Source: Octopus sinensis
Lineage: Eukaryota
DNA: 64,000 nt
NCBI RefSeq assembly: GCF_006345805.1
Contig: NC_043000.1
Span: forward strand, 75,640,001 to 75,704,000
Direction of reading: 5' to 3'
Below are positions 1 to 13,035 of the stretch, in pieces (within the stretch, counting starts at the first letter, position 1; each line of letters begins with the position of its first letter). Position numbers and translations under genes: made by a program. Under the pieces are notes generated by a model that did no database searches, was not told the origin of the DNA, and saw only the letters and a list, made by a program, of their open reading frames with translations.

Positions 1-61
1 AAGGATTCTCACTAGCCTGATCCATAACTGGCCGAACAGGCACGAGAGAAATTTCTTTGTC

Positions 62-1752
62 TTTATTTCTTTAATTAGGCACAAGGCCTCAAAAGAGAAG
101 GGACAACACAAAAACAGACAAAACAATACAATGGGATACATAAAAACACATATCGAATGAATTATGGTTATAATGGAAATGAAGATGGAATGGCTTACCT
201 ACACCCCATAAGCAGGTAGTTCCATTTTACTGTTTTTAAATGAACAGTTCAATATCAATCTTGTATTGGTTGGTTTCCTTTTTTTAAAATTCACACAAAG
301 TCACTTTTTATAACATATACTCCATTAAATCTTCGAAGACCATCACCTGTGGCAATTCATCGTAACCAATTTCCATCCCTGTCATCTCTATTCTTTCACC
401 AAACAACTCCTTCAGTCCTCTTTCTTTTCCCAGCAAAACAGCTTTCAACCCTTCATTATTCTCTTTGGCCGCTAATTTCACTCTTATAACGTCCTTCATC
501 TTGGCAATCTTTTTCTATATCTCTACACTTTTTGGGTATTGCACCATTGTTCTCAGGTTCCTCCCTTTTGGGTGTCACTCTCCTTCTCTCCTCACCAATC
601 CCCTCCTCTACCGCAGGCTTTTCTATCTCTGTCTGTCTCTTATTCTGTGTTGCTATTATCTCTCTTTCATTTTCCTTTCTCTTTTGTACTCTTTCCTTCT
701 TGCTAGTTGATGGTCTCTGCGTTCATTCCTCACTTACTTTTGTTGACTTTTCATTTTTCTCTTCTCATTCGTATTCTCTTGTTTTTCACTCTGTTTCGCC
801 TCTCCACTCGCCTTTCTTTTCTTCCTCGAACTTTTTGGTGGTGAGTCTGTACTCTTCTTTCTTTTTACCACTGTATATTGCTCTTCCATTTTCTCCTCCT
901 CCAAGGTTGCATCCTCTTCTTCCTGATATTCCTTCTCTACCTCCTCCTCTTTGTATTTCTGGAGAAACTTAGCTTTCATGGTCCCCTTACTCCACATAGA
1001 AAACATACAGGCGGTCTTTCACCACTATTCTTAACTTTGTTTCATCTAGCAGTACTAGTTCTTCCACAATCTTGTGGAGGTCTGGGAGGCTTATATGGAC
1101 CAATACCTCCACCAGTTCACCTCCATAGTTTTCGAAATTTTCAATATTTCAGTATTTTCTGTATTGAAGAGAACGACTGCCACCAGCCATGCCTCATCAA
1201 TTTCTGGGGGCACACTACCTATTCTTACTCTGGCCACACGTTTGCCACAGTAAGTCGGCAGCAGTGCCCACTTCGCTGATCTAAGGCACAGTGGAGTATT
1301 TTCTCGCTTCTTCTTCACTCATGAAGTGTACCTCCATTGTGCTGTATTTCCTTCCTCTGGTGTAGTACGTCGTTACATTCTTAATTTCTCTCAGGCACTT
1401 CTCGACTGCTGCTATTTCCATCTTTTTCGTTACAATATTCAATGTTCTGTATACAATTATTTTCTTTACCATTTATCCTGTCCCTTCCTTGGGAGGCATC
1501 AACCTCAGGCTATCTCCATCCTTTCTCAATAAATCATTATATTTCTTGAAGCTTTTCTCCTGCAATTTAATTTCTCTAACTTGCAGTACCTCTGCAGACA
1601 GTGCCCGCTTGCACTGGTGTACCTTCCATCACAATATTGTTCACAACTTCACTCATAAATGGGAAAGAAAATTAAAAAAAAAACAGGTAACAACAATCCA
1701 ACAATTCAATGAATAACAGTTTAACAATAACACTACTCACATGGAGCGTGAA
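62..1752 (-). mobile_element. ORF1-only (HAL1-like) non-autonomous non-LTR retroelement related to Tx1/L1
   Basis: Perfect 15-bp direct repeat AGAAATTTCTTTGTC at 47-61 and 1753-1767. Contains only a gag-like ORF1 remnant. Its 3' end (minus: tgtgttgtcccttctctttttgaggccttgtgcctaattaaagaaataaa) resembles the Tx1 3' end at 59789-59832. Confidence 0.8.
308..1629 (-). pseudogene. Tx1/L1-like ORF1 (RNA-binding region, degenerate CCHC knuckle, acidic tract, C-terminal module), frameshifted
   Basis: ORFs 1281-1472, 1091-1318, 734-1006 and 308-499 join into a protein homologous to 26265-27697 and 54790-55831 (e.g. LLPTYCGKRVARVRIGSVPPEI vs LLPTDCGKRVARVGVGKVPPEI). RPPVCFLCG knuckle start near 990-1015. 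Confidence 0.8.
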
Positions 1753-2225
1753 AGAAATTTCTTTGTCCTGTCAAAAAGTGATTGATGGATTTCCATTCGA
1801 CCTCCGACCTGAGCTGTGTCACCGAAGGTTCATCTGGACAGCAAGTGACCTAGATAGGTAGAAACTACTCCTATGGTATGCCTGTTCTTCTAGCTAAGAT
1901 TACTATTATAAATACAGTTAGATACACGATAGATAGGCAGACAGCTTGCGACAGTGAAGCAGCCAACAGTCACAAAGTCAGCATTAACGACACACTACAA
2001 TAGCAGTCGCAGAGCACAAACAGACAGGACCCGACCAAATGACCAATGCACACACGGACACAAAATATGCTCGTAGCAGTTGGTAACTTCATGTAACGGC
2101 TTTCATTGATATTGTAAATCAAATTTTGTGTATCCAACGCATAGATGTAATTATTCAAACTACAGTCCGATGCTTTCCTCATTGTTTTCCTTTGATGTCG
2201 TCCAATACGCCTATCTTCATCTGCA

Positions 2226-2454
2226 AGGGCCCGGGAACAGGGGGTACACTTGCACCCACTAGAATTTTTAGGTGTGCAAAATCAAAACTTGCATCCCCTA
2301 CATACCCTCGCCAGATTCAGAAAATAGTGTCTAAAAATTTATCTGTGAAAGTTGCTTTTCTCAAAATAAAAACAAAGCTCAAAAGTTATTAAGAAAATGA
2401 AACTAGCCGTTAAATTCCCAACGGAATTTATGATCTGCTTCTTAACTAAAGCAG
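2226..2454. mobile_element. Possible terminal fragment of a hAT-like DNA transposon
   Basis: Begins agggcccggg...tacacttgcacc, similar to hAT-type ends. A hAT-like transposase fragment follows the intervening LTR. Confidence 0.3.
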
Positions 2455-3137
2455 TGTAATGGTTTTAAATTGATTGATAAATATTATTATGAAATGTCGG
2501 TGGAGGCAGTGGTAACGATAATAATTTGTGGTTATAATTGTTTACTGTGGGATGTGAAAGATGAACAATACATAAAGTTTTAAGGAAGTATTTATTTACC
2601 GTTACGTTACAATACCTTGCCTTGATGGGCAGGTTTTGATAAATCCAAAAGCCTGCGAAGTAAAGTTTGTATTTGTCTCCTCTTCATTGTTTAGTAGTAA
2701 ACAGAGAGAGACAGAATGATGTTGTAAGAGAACAGAATTAGAGCTAGAGAGAATTGTAGGGTGTTTGACAGTTGCTGGCAGTAAACTTCATTTCTCCCTC
2801 TGACCAAGGTTCTAGCTGGTCAGCCAGACTACGTTTTCACTGAGTTTGTCACCAACTGGTGACTAACTCCGTTGAGTCGCCACGACAGTGACGAACTGAT
2901 TTTTGCTTGGGATGTGCTTGCTTATATAAAGATCCAGAAGGATAGATATATCACTGAGAACAATAGATTTAGTTGGTAGTCTTGTTATCTCTATTCTAGT
3001 TTTTGGTGAAGTAGAAGAGGTTAGAAAGGGTCAAGTGATGAAGACATTATTTCGGCCTAGCTAAAGGCATCTGAAAAATGTAAAACTGCAGCCAGAGAAA
3101 AACCATTGTTCAACCATGGGAACAGTTCTATTGCAGT
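2455..3137 (-). mobile_element. Truncated solo LTR of the same family as 21715-22186 and 23908-24613
   Basis: Starts tgtaatggttttaaattg and matches both LTRs over several hundred bp (cttatataaagatccagaaggatag...). Lacks the final ~60 bp. Confidence 0.8.
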
Positions 3138-3290
3138 GAAAAGTAGTCCAAACGAATCAACACTTAGAAAATACTATGTAGACAAATATTACGCAGAAAC
3201 TATGAACAAAATCAGGGAAGCTGTCAGAGATAAGCAAATTTGGAACTCGATTGATGAAACCGCTGATTTGTTAACATCAGAATTTCTTAC
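3138..3290 (+). pseudogene. hAT-like transposase fragment (CGGBP1-like/hAT type)
   Basis: PNESTLRKYYVDKYYAETMNKIREAVRDKQIWNSIDETAD resembles the ...IWVSIDETTD catalytic region of such transposases. Confidence 0.6.
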
Positions 3291-3892
3291 CGCTACTAAT
3301 CTACTATCACTTATCTATTCACTTCTTCTTTAGCATTACTGTATTTCAAGTATAACAATGTGTTACTATTTATGACAGATGCTGCACCTTATATGAAAAA
3401 GATGCTAAAACATTACAGGTGTAGGCGCATTTACCTCCCTTGACAGCGAGTGTTATGTAGTCTTTTGTTTTGTGTTAAGATAATAAGCAACTCATTGAAG
3501 GCATTATTATGATTCTACGAGTTTATTTACTTGGCATGTTTACAAACTGCATATGTATAGCGGAGTAATACACACTGTGCGTATCCGCCTTAGACACAGT
3601 TCATACTGTTTACTAGATGTGCTTAACAAAATATTAGTGGGATGTATTCATATATACGTGTAACATCCCTTCTTGTAAAAGGGTCTTTTGGCAATGAAAA
3701 AAATAGAAGTAATCTCCCTTACACTAATGGATTGTCAGCGCAAGGGTGGCAATCCTGCAGCAGAAATCATGAGATTATTCTGCCCTCATACGTGGTTTTC
3801 TGCTTCCTTATCTACAGAAATAGTTATTTATTATTTTTTTTCTTTTAACGGTATCGAATCGGTGGTAAAATATTCGGTCTCCATCTGGTGGA

Positions 3893-6800
3893 TCACTGAT
3901 GTCTGAGGTGTGTTGTTGGGCTGCTGATGGGTGGTTGGTGCCTGTCGGGGTGATGATTCTGTGGAATACGGATTCTGTGTGTGCTGTCATCTGCTGTGCG
4001 TGTTGTGGTTCTCGTTGGTGTTGTCACTGATGCTGCAGGCCTTGCGCATGTTATCCTCAATAGCTTTGATGTTGGACAGATGTGGGCCCTGTTACGTCTC
4101 AGCTGCCTACCAGATTCAGTTTCTATAATATATGATCTTGGAGTTTCAGCTCCACTGACAACTTGTGCTGGGATCCATGTTTTAGTTATAGGATCTTGAG
4201 TATGCACATGTTGTCCTCCAAATATCTCAGGTAAGTATTGTGCATGTTTGTTGTAATATTTCTCTGCTTGTTCTTGAGTGGCTGCTAGCTTTGCCCTTGT
4301 GTCTTCCTGGTCAATAGGAAGTTGGATCTTAGTTGGCAGGGTGGTTTTGTATTTCCCGCCATTCAGCATTTCTACTGGGGATTTCATGTCAGCCCTCTGT
4401 GGTGTCGCTCGTAGGGACAGAAGTGCCAGGTTTAGGTCTTCCTTAGTTTCTCAGCATTTGACTAGTGTTCTCTTGACTGTTTGCACCCGTCTTTCTATTA
4501 ATCCATGACCTTTGGGGTAGTGTGGAGATGAGGTTATAATATTGAACCCATACTCATTGGCTAGCCTTTTGAATTCCTGAGATGTGAACTGGGTTCCATT
4601 GTCACATATGATTTGCTTTGGTATTCCTTGCTCTGCGAGAAGTCCTTGATCCACTGTAGTTATTGTTTTGACTCTCAGGTCTTTAACTTTTCTCACAAAT
4701 GGGAATTTGGAGTAGTAGCAGACCATAATCAAGTACCATTCTTGGTTTTCTGTGAACAGATCTACTCCAATAGCTTGCCATGGCCTTCTAGGGATGTCAC
4801 TGGATATCATTTCCTCCTTTTGTTGTGAATTTCTGTACTTTTGACAGATGTGGCATGTAGAAACTATATTTTCTATGTCTTTGTATATGCCTACCCAATA
4901 TACTGCTGACTTGGCTCGGAGCTTGCATTTCTCCATTCCTAGATGCCCTTGGTGGATCTTGTCAAGAATCTCTTTTTGCATTGATTTGGGTATAATTATT
5001 CGGGATCTAGCCATCAGGATTCCATTCTTCACTGATATGTCATCATGGCTCACCCAATATTCACGAATGAGGGGCTGAACCTGATGTCTCTTCTCTGGCT
5101 ACCCCTGAATCACCATCTGAGTAAGGAGCTGGAGTTCTTCATCTTTGCTGGTCTCCTCTTTGATTTGTTCCAGTTTTGTATTTGTCTCATTTACAATGTG
5201 ATGGACCTTTACACTTAGTCCTTCCATCTCCTGTTTATCATATGAGGATAGTCTGGAAAGAGCATTTGCCAATATCAGGTCCTTTCCTGGCTTGTACCTG
5301 ATATTGTAGTTGTACTTTTGGAGCCTCAACAGTAAACTTTGCAGTCTGGCTGGTGTTTTTGTGAGGTTTTTTTCTGTATATTTGTTCTAGCGGGTGATGG
5401 TCTGACTCAATATTGAAATGTCTGCCATACAGGTATGTATGAAACTTTTCACAGTCATATACTACTGTCAGGAGTTCCCTTTCAATGTTTGCATACCTTG
5501 TCTCTGTGGGTGAGAGAGCTTTTGAGGCATATGCAATAGGTTTACCTTCTTGTATCAATGCTGTGCCAACTCCTCTCATAGAAGTGTCAACTTGGAGTGT
5601 TACTGGTTTGCGTCTATCATAGCACTGCAGAGTTGTATCCTTACTGATGAGCTTTTTGATTGCATTGAAATCCTGTGAGTGTGAAGCACATCAATCAAAC
5701 TCTACGTCATCTTCTCGGGCATTTGCAGTGTGATCGGCCAGCTTGGGTATGAAGGCTCCCATATAGTGGATGAATCCCAGGAAGCTTCTGAGTTCCTTCT
5801 TATTTTTGGGTTCTTTACTGTCACTAGTGACTTCCACTTTAGTGGGGTCTGGTTTCACTCCCTCTGCAGAATCATTCCAAAGAATTTGTACTCTTTTGCT
5901 TTGATCACACACTTGTCTGCATTGAGTTTGATACCTGTTTGTTGGGTTCTCTCTATAGCTTCATGTAAATTGAAGTCATGTGTGATCACATCCTTGCCAT
6001 GCACTTGGATATCATCTGCTATTCCAATTGCTCCCTTGCAGCCTTGGTAAGTCTCATCTATTTGGCACTGCAAAACATTTTGGCTCACCTTCAATCCAAA
6101 TGGGAGTCAGTTGAATCGGTATCTGCCAAATGGTGTGTTGAAGGTAGTGAGCATCGATGATTCTTTGTCAATCTTTACATTCCAGTACCCATTACTGGCA
6201 TCCAGTTTTCTGAATATCTTAGATCCAGCTAATGATGGTGTGATTTCTTCGAGGGTTGGAATTGGAGAGCAATCTCATTTTAATGCCTTGTTCAGATTCC
6301 TGGGGTCAAGGCATATTCATAGGGTACCATTAGGCTTTTCTTTGATTATAATTGAATTCACCCAGTCGGTTGGCTGTGTCATTTTGCTGATTAAATTTTT
6401 TTTTCCATTCTGTCCAACTCTGCCTTCAGCTTCTCTTTTAATTCCAGCAGAATGCGGCAAGGTGGGTGAACAATTGGTTTGGCATTGGGGTCGACTGTTT
6501 TATGGTATCAACATTTCTCAAAACACCCGACTGTATCGTCAAAACATTCTGGGTACATGCTTATCAGTTCTTCTTTATTTGTGATTGGTGGTTGGTATTT
6601 GATAGGCATACCTCTGTCAATCCTGTTTGAAGCTGCCTTCACTTCACCATTGATTGACACAATATTAAGCTCTTGACAGTTTGGTCCGAGAATTGCAGGT
6701 CCTTCTGTTCTTGTGACATAAAAAGAACACTTGATTGTTTTTCCTTTGTGTGTCCCTGTGATTGTAGTTTTGCCCAGTTGTGGAATCCTGGTACCTCTGT

Positions 6801-6999
6801 ATGCAGTGAGGATTACATCACTTGGTGTGATGATTTCTTCTTTGACTTTGTCCTCTTGTGTCATGTGTTCTGGGAACATCTTTTTGTAGTGGTTAACAGG
6901 CAAGATATCACTCTGGGCTCCAGTGTCAATCTTTAGCAATAAGTCAATGTTTATTCGTTTCTTGCCTGACTTCTTTTGGATTTGTTGTGTATGCCTCAT
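3893..6999 (-). pseudogene. Gypsy pol remnant (protease, RT, RNase H, integrase)
   Basis: LKIDTGAQSDILP (protease), IADDI (RT), YANIERELL...ESDHHPL (RNase H), HQGHLGMEKC, GVDLF, DNGTQF, GLIERRVQTVK (integrase). Multiple frameshifts. Confidence 0.92.
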
Positions 7000-7099
7000 T
7001 TTTTTTTCTGGTTGTCATTTCCTATCTGCTGACTCCCAAGAATTCCTCCACTGAGGTGTTTTCTTCCTGTTGTTGGACATGTATATCTCTTTGTCTTCT

Positions 7100-7839
7100 C
7101 TTTGAAAATTGGGGCTTGTATTTGTAAGATTTTGTTTTCCACTGGTTGGGCTTTCCAAATGCTTTGCAGGACATTTCATTCAGTCATTGAACTCATGCTC
7201 TGTACCACAGTACTGGTATGTTCTCTGTTTGTGGGTATGTTTCGTCCTATATCTAGATACAATCTACACTGCTGCCTATTGTGTTTGTTTGTAAAGTAAG
7301 TGAGGCCATTTGTTTGGTAGTGGCTTTGAATGCTCTTGCAGTGTCTACTGCTTCTATCAACTGGAGAGCGTCCTTACCTATGAGGAATTTCTGGACTTCT
7401 TTATGAGCACACTCCCATATGAGTTGATCAACAATCCTTTCATCCTTGTTTTTGAATTTGCATTTTTCGGCAACATTCTTTATTCTGGACAGGAAGTTGT
7501 CAATTGTTTCTTGTGGGTCTTGTTTCAGGCCCTGGAATTCATACCTATGAATTCTATGGTTTTATCTGGGATCTAGGTGCCTTTCAAATTTCTCTAAAAG
7601 TGTGTCTGGATTATTGCAATCCGATTCTGAATGTCCCAACTATTGAATAGGTCTAGGCCCTTCTCTCCCGTACATAAAAGGATGTAGCTTACCTTTTCAT
7701 CGGTGGTTGTACCTTTCAGGAAGCTTTTGAAAGCCAGCTGAGTTTTCTGTTTGAATTTCTTGAATGCTTCCATGATATCATCAGCGTCCCAGTTCATGGT
7801 CGGATGTAGATTCATCTGTATGGCAACAGGGGCCACCAT
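7100..7839 (-). pseudogene. Gypsy gag remnant
   Basis: MNWDADDIMEAFKKFKQKTQLAF...EKVSYILLCTGEKGLDLFNSW resembles Mag-like gag and lies upstream of pol. Confidence 0.75.
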
Positions 7840-8524
7840 TTTGGATCCTTGTATATGTGTCCGAAGACGAAGCGATATTCAGTTTGTTAAATTTTAGGTT
7901 TGTTGTGTTCCTGTTTTGTTGTAAAAGGCACGGTTTTCAATTAAGTATTTATTGAGTTGGGATGATAAACAACTCATTGAAGGTGTTATTATGATTCTAC
8001 GTGTTTATTTACTTGGCATGTTTACAAACTGCATATGTATAGCGGAGTAATACACACTGTGCGTATCCACCTTAGACACAGTTCATACTGATTACTAGAT
8101 GTGCTTAACAAAATAGTACTAATAGTGGGGATGTATTAATATATATGTAAACCTACGCATACACATAGATATGAACGTGTAACAGCGGGTTTAAACAAAC
8201 TGGCACTACATGGCACTAGAGCGTGATATTCTGACACGAGGCCTTGCAACTTTCTCTTTCTTCATCAAGATATCAGACCATAAAGACATAATCTTGTTGG
8301 CTCTCTCACAACACATGCGGCAACTAGCAGACAGGAGGTAACATACAGGAGAGGAGCATGGCCTCCACACATCAAGCCATTTCCATTTATCATTCAACTT
8401 GTATATATACGTGTGGCTGACATTAAAAGCATTTAAAGTTACAGCTTTGTTTTATGTATTTCTTTGAACCGTGTTCCTATCAAATAATATTACAGCCTTC
8501 TGAATAGAGTCATGATACAAACAC

Positions 8525-9790
8525 ACCATCATCATCATCATCATTGTTCGACCGTGGTCGAGACAATGGAATTTACTATGCTACGTCAGACTTCACGGTC
8601 CATCATGGCATTACGGAGGTCCTGTTGCTGGATGCCTGTATCCCTGGAGATTACATCAGGGTAGGAGAGTGTGCATCCTCTGATATCGCGAGTAGATGGC
8701 TTCCAGAGGAGAAGAGTAGATATTGCCTTGTTTTCAGCTCTACAACAATGTCCAGAAAACTGGACTCTCCTATCTTTCACAAGAGATGATACAGGTGGTA
8801 GTTTCCCATATATTTGTACTTTGGTTGGATGATGCTTCCACAAGAGATTTTGAGCTTGCATACGGAGGCAAGTGTAAGTTCCATCCAACCACCTCTCAAG
8901 CTTCTTTGATAATGTCCAGGTTTCCGAGCCATATAGTAGAATTGGTTCAACTGTGGCTTTGAAGATTTTGAGTTTGAAATCTCTACTTAGATTTGATGAC
9001 CAGATCTTATGCATATCATTACTGGCTGACCAGGCCATACCCTTTCTAGTTAGAAAATCTTTTCCAAATGATGATATGTATGACCCAAGATATTTGTAAT
9101 CAGAAACCATATTTAAGGGCGTATTGTTGAGAGTATGGATGATGAAATCACTGTTGGACAGGCACTTGTTTACATATTCAGTCTTGGCCTCATTGAGGTA
9201 AAGACCTACACAATTTGAGGCTTGTTCAAGAGATTGTAAAAGAGACTGGGCATTGGAGAGAAAATCACTGATAAGAGCGATGTCGTCAGCAAAGTCAGTG
9301 TCTGTCAAATATTCAGCTGGGTGTCTGGAACTTCTTCTAGGTTTTATTTCAAAGCCCTTGCCAGAAATGGTATCAACTGACATACGTAGCACATAGTCAA
9401 CGACAATGATGAAGAGAAATGGGGCGAGTGTGTCTCCCTGCAGTATTCCGACTTTGATTGAGAAAGATGATGTTTCTCCATCAGGGGTTAAGATGGTTGA
9501 AGTCATATCTGTGTAAAGGACCTTGATGGCAGAAATGATTTTGTCTGGAATCCCATAGAGCTTAAGGATTTCAAACATCTTGTACCTTTCTACAGAGTCA
9601 AACGCTTTAGAAAAGTCTACAAATACCATTGCAAGATCGCGATTAAATGCTTTTGATTCTTCAATAAGTCTGCGTAGGCATAGTATCTAGCTCAATGTTG
9701 AGCGCCCATGTCTGAATCCATTTTGGTTCTTTCAGGGCAAAGGTTCAACAAAAAGGATGAGATGGTTTAGAATCAGTTTGTTGTACAAAT
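8525..9790 (-). mobile_element. 5'-truncated RTE-group LINE
   Basis: 347-aa RT ORF at 8586-9629 (DFSKAFDSV, QGDTLAPFLF, FADD, YLGS). (GAT)n tail, seen as (cat)n at ~8527-8545. Confidence 0.88.
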
Positions 9791-10149
9791 TGAAAAGTCT
9801 TTTTCAAGACTAAAACATCTGCTTTCAGATCGAAGGTTGAATTTAACTTGTGAAAATGTAAAAAGCTTTCAGTGGCATCTTGTAATAATACCTATAGTAA
9901 TGGTGGTGATATATAAACGTTTTTGGTTGCTGCTGTTTAGCTTAGTTTTGCTAGTTTTATTTTACTTCTATTTTTAGAAAAAGTGTTCTCTTTTCTATCT
10001 ATATGTTTTCTTATTAAAACTTTTTTGTTTCATATGGATTATAAATTCCATTAATCAAATAGTACAAAATTATTTTACCTTATTTAACGTTGTAATAAAT
10101 ATTTTCAGTTTCAACTAATTTCATTTTATTGCCTTTCTATGAAAAATAA

Positions 10150-11895
10150 ACAGGTGTAGCGGCACAAGCAGTCAGCGCCATATTGGATGAGAACTCGCGG
10201 CAGCCATTGCCCTAAAGTCCAACCCTTCCTCAAAGCGGTAGGGTGGTGTAAAAGGGCAGTGTCAGAGTTATGCCGTCGAGAACTTCGGTTCCTGGTAGGG
10301 CCACCTAAGGCGGATTGGTATTAGGGCCACAGCCTGGCCAACTGGTGAAAATTCCAAGAGGCGTCTGATCGGCAACCGGCGGCTTCGAGGTCGTTCTGTC
10401 CCTGTGTCTGTGGAGACTCCGCAGCAAACAGGGCGTCCCATCACTCGGGATATGCATGCGGGATGTCAGGGACAGCTTGTGAATTCAATATTTCCACGAA
10501 ACTTCTTCTATGAAACCTACTACTACCATGGCAATAAATACGAACTATCTACCTACTACAAACTTGCAACCAATCAACAACTCTCAAACTGCTATGGCTC
10601 TTCAAACTACTTCTGGAGTAGTCCCACTCCTTAAACGTAGGACAGAGCTGAAGGTAGCATGCTGGAACGTCAGAACCCTTCACAACAACGGTGTCCAGGC
10701 GCTAACAATGAAGGCTTTGCACAAGTACTGCATGAATGCCAATCGTCTCATCGTTACCAACACCCAGTTCCAACATCCTTCACGCTACCTCGTCACTTGG
10801 CAGTCCAATGACGGGAGAACAGCCAATCAGATCGACTACATACTGGTCAGGTCCAGCTGGGCTAGCTCAGTGGTGGACTCTCATGCGTATCACGGGTCTG
10901 ATACGGGCAGCAAACATGGGTCAGACCATACTCTTGTTCGAGCAACCCTTCGTTTGCGGCTGCAGGCGAAGCATTCTCCTAGCCGCAAGAAGAGAATTGA
11001 CATTTCGCAACTCAAACTTGATGCTGGTGATGGTTTCCGGTTGGAGCTTCAGAACCGATTCCAGTTGCTTGGTGACGTGGTGGAACAGTGGCCAGAGCAG
11101 GAGTGGTGCGCGCTGAAGGAGGCAACGGTTGAGGCGGCCCAAAAACATCTCGGGTCTACTCGCCGCCGTCATAGGGACTGGATCTCCGGCGACACTCTTG
11201 AACTCGGGGAGAGGTTGAGAGTGGTTCGGCTTGAAGGGGCTCCAAATCTCTGAACTCTTCGACGTCAAGCCTCTCAGGCCATCCAGGCCGATAGAAATGC
11301 GCACTGACGTGCATTTGTGGAGTGGACGGAGAGAGCATCCACGTGTGGCAACTCACACAAGCTTTACCAACTGGTGAAGCAGGCCAGCCGAAGCAACCCG
11401 GGTGTCAGCGAGATGATCTGTGATCAGTACGGCATAGTCATTACCAACCTCAGTGACTGGCTGGGCCGATGGCGGGACCACTTCTCTGAGCTGCTCAATC
11501 ACCTGCCTCCATCTACAACAACCGATGCACAGCCGCCTTGAGAAGAGTACAGGTGCAACACTGCCCCTCCAACGGTCGAGGAGGTGTGCAGTATCCCGAA
11601 AAATCTCCGGAACAACAAGGCCCCGGGTGAAGACGATGTCCCAGCTGAGATCTACAAGGCTAAGCCGATGTCTTCGTAGCTTGGCTCCAACGTGTCTTCT
11701 GCGCTGTGTGGGTGACGGAGCATTTTCCTGATGACTGGAGCGAGGCAACTCTTTTACCTTTCTTCAAAAAAAGTGATAGAAAGATGTGTTCCAACTACAG
11801 AGGCATCAGCTTGATCAATGTGGCTGCCAAAACCTTTGCAATCCTTCTTCTGAAGAGGTTCCAAGCCATCCGTGATGTCCGTACTTGTCCTTCTC
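10150..11895 (+). mobile_element. RTE LINE 5' portion (5' UTR, internally deleted APE endonuclease, start of RT)
   Basis: KVACWNVRTL, NQIDYILV, SDH endonuclease motifs, then KAPGED and NYRGISL RT-entry motifs. Truncated near 11890. Confidence 0.82.
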
Positions 11896-12952
11896 TGTGA
11901 GTGTGTGTGTTTCTGCGTTCATTACATCTATAGGAAAGAACATTTTACGCTGTTTTAATGAGCTCATATCTAATGAAGTAGCCATCCTTATGGTTGGTGA
12001 TTCCCATGAAAATCATGATATTCTCATTCATGTTCGAGATAACAACCTTAAACGTGTTTAACAGACACATCCTTCTTATGATGCTCTCCAGTATACTCTT
12101 ATTCTGTGGAATGGACAAGATAGGTATCATTTCAACTTTTCACGAATTGAACCTGCAACAGGAGAGCCAATTACAAAAAAAAGGTGTCGTCAAATGACTT
12201 CTATTCTTACCAAGACCAGAAAAATCAAACCAATTATACATATTAAATAAACTTTATTTTCATTTACATATTTTCTATGTTATCTCAACAACCAGCTATA
12301 GTTATTTGAAATACACTTCTCTACAATGACCAGGTTTCATTAGAAAGTGAAAATAGTTTCACACTTTCAATTTGAACCAAAATTACAAAGTGTTGGATTA
12401 TGAGAGTGATGACGTGTGTATAATGAAAATAATGTTTTTCTGAATTAGTCACATCTGTATTATAATAAAGAAAGCTGCTTATTATCTATCTACCAAATAA
12501 ACTATGTTTTTGACTCAACAACTCATTTTTTACAACTAAAATAACCTTTGGCAACTAGGTTGGGTTGAACAGTTTTGAAGTCATTTTCGGACAATATTTC
12601 GATTTGCTTCTAAAGTTTCACTTTTGTCCAATGTGCCATGCATGCGTAGAATTCTACTCAGACAAGCATTTATGAAATTGTACACATAAATATTGTATTA
12701 AAATAAGCCACAACCAAAATAAATTGCATTAAAAGACATCCTTTTCTCTATATGTTATGAGGAAATACAGTTACACACACTCTATCTCTCTCATACACAC
12801 AAAAAAGATGTATGTATATGTATTTATGGGCAAAGGTAAAAAATATGCACACCCGATATTTAGGGTTAGGGTTACACCGAAAATGGGTGGTGTACATATT
12901 CTTTACCTCTACCAATTTATGTACATGTATACGAAAGATAATGTGTGTGTGT

Positions 12953-13035
12953 GAAAGGCAGAGTCGACCTCGGCAGAATTTGAACTCAGAACATAAAGAC
13001 AGATGAAATGCTACTAAGCATTTCGCCTGCTCGCT
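12953..13035. repeat. Short SINE-like repeat fragment
   Basis: aaggcagagtcgacctcggcagaatttgaactcagaac contains a reverse B-box-like motif and resembles a common octopus-type repeat as I recall it. Confidence 0.5.

Larger units (their letters stand above)
3451..8184 (-). mobile_element. Decayed Gypsy/Ty3 LTR retrotransposon (Mag-like)
   Basis: LTRs at 3451-3665 and ~7950-8184, both ending gtgtaaca. PPT at 3666-3675. Imperfect 5-bp TSD GCGAG/GCGGG. Domain order gag-PR-RT-RH-IN. The PBS side of the 5' LTR is not recognisable. Confidence 0.9.

Noticed and set aside
878-1279. Plus-strand ORFs here and many similar ones across the window
   Set aside because: They are antisense shadows of transposon coding sequence.
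8206-8397. 63-aa ORF as a possible host exon
   Set aside because: No recognisable homology or convincing splice context.
10240-10345. Possible HDV-like ribozyme in the RTE 5' UTR (gggtgg/ccacct pairing)
   Set aside because: I could not assemble P3, P1.1 and P2 consistently. A descriptor search is needed.
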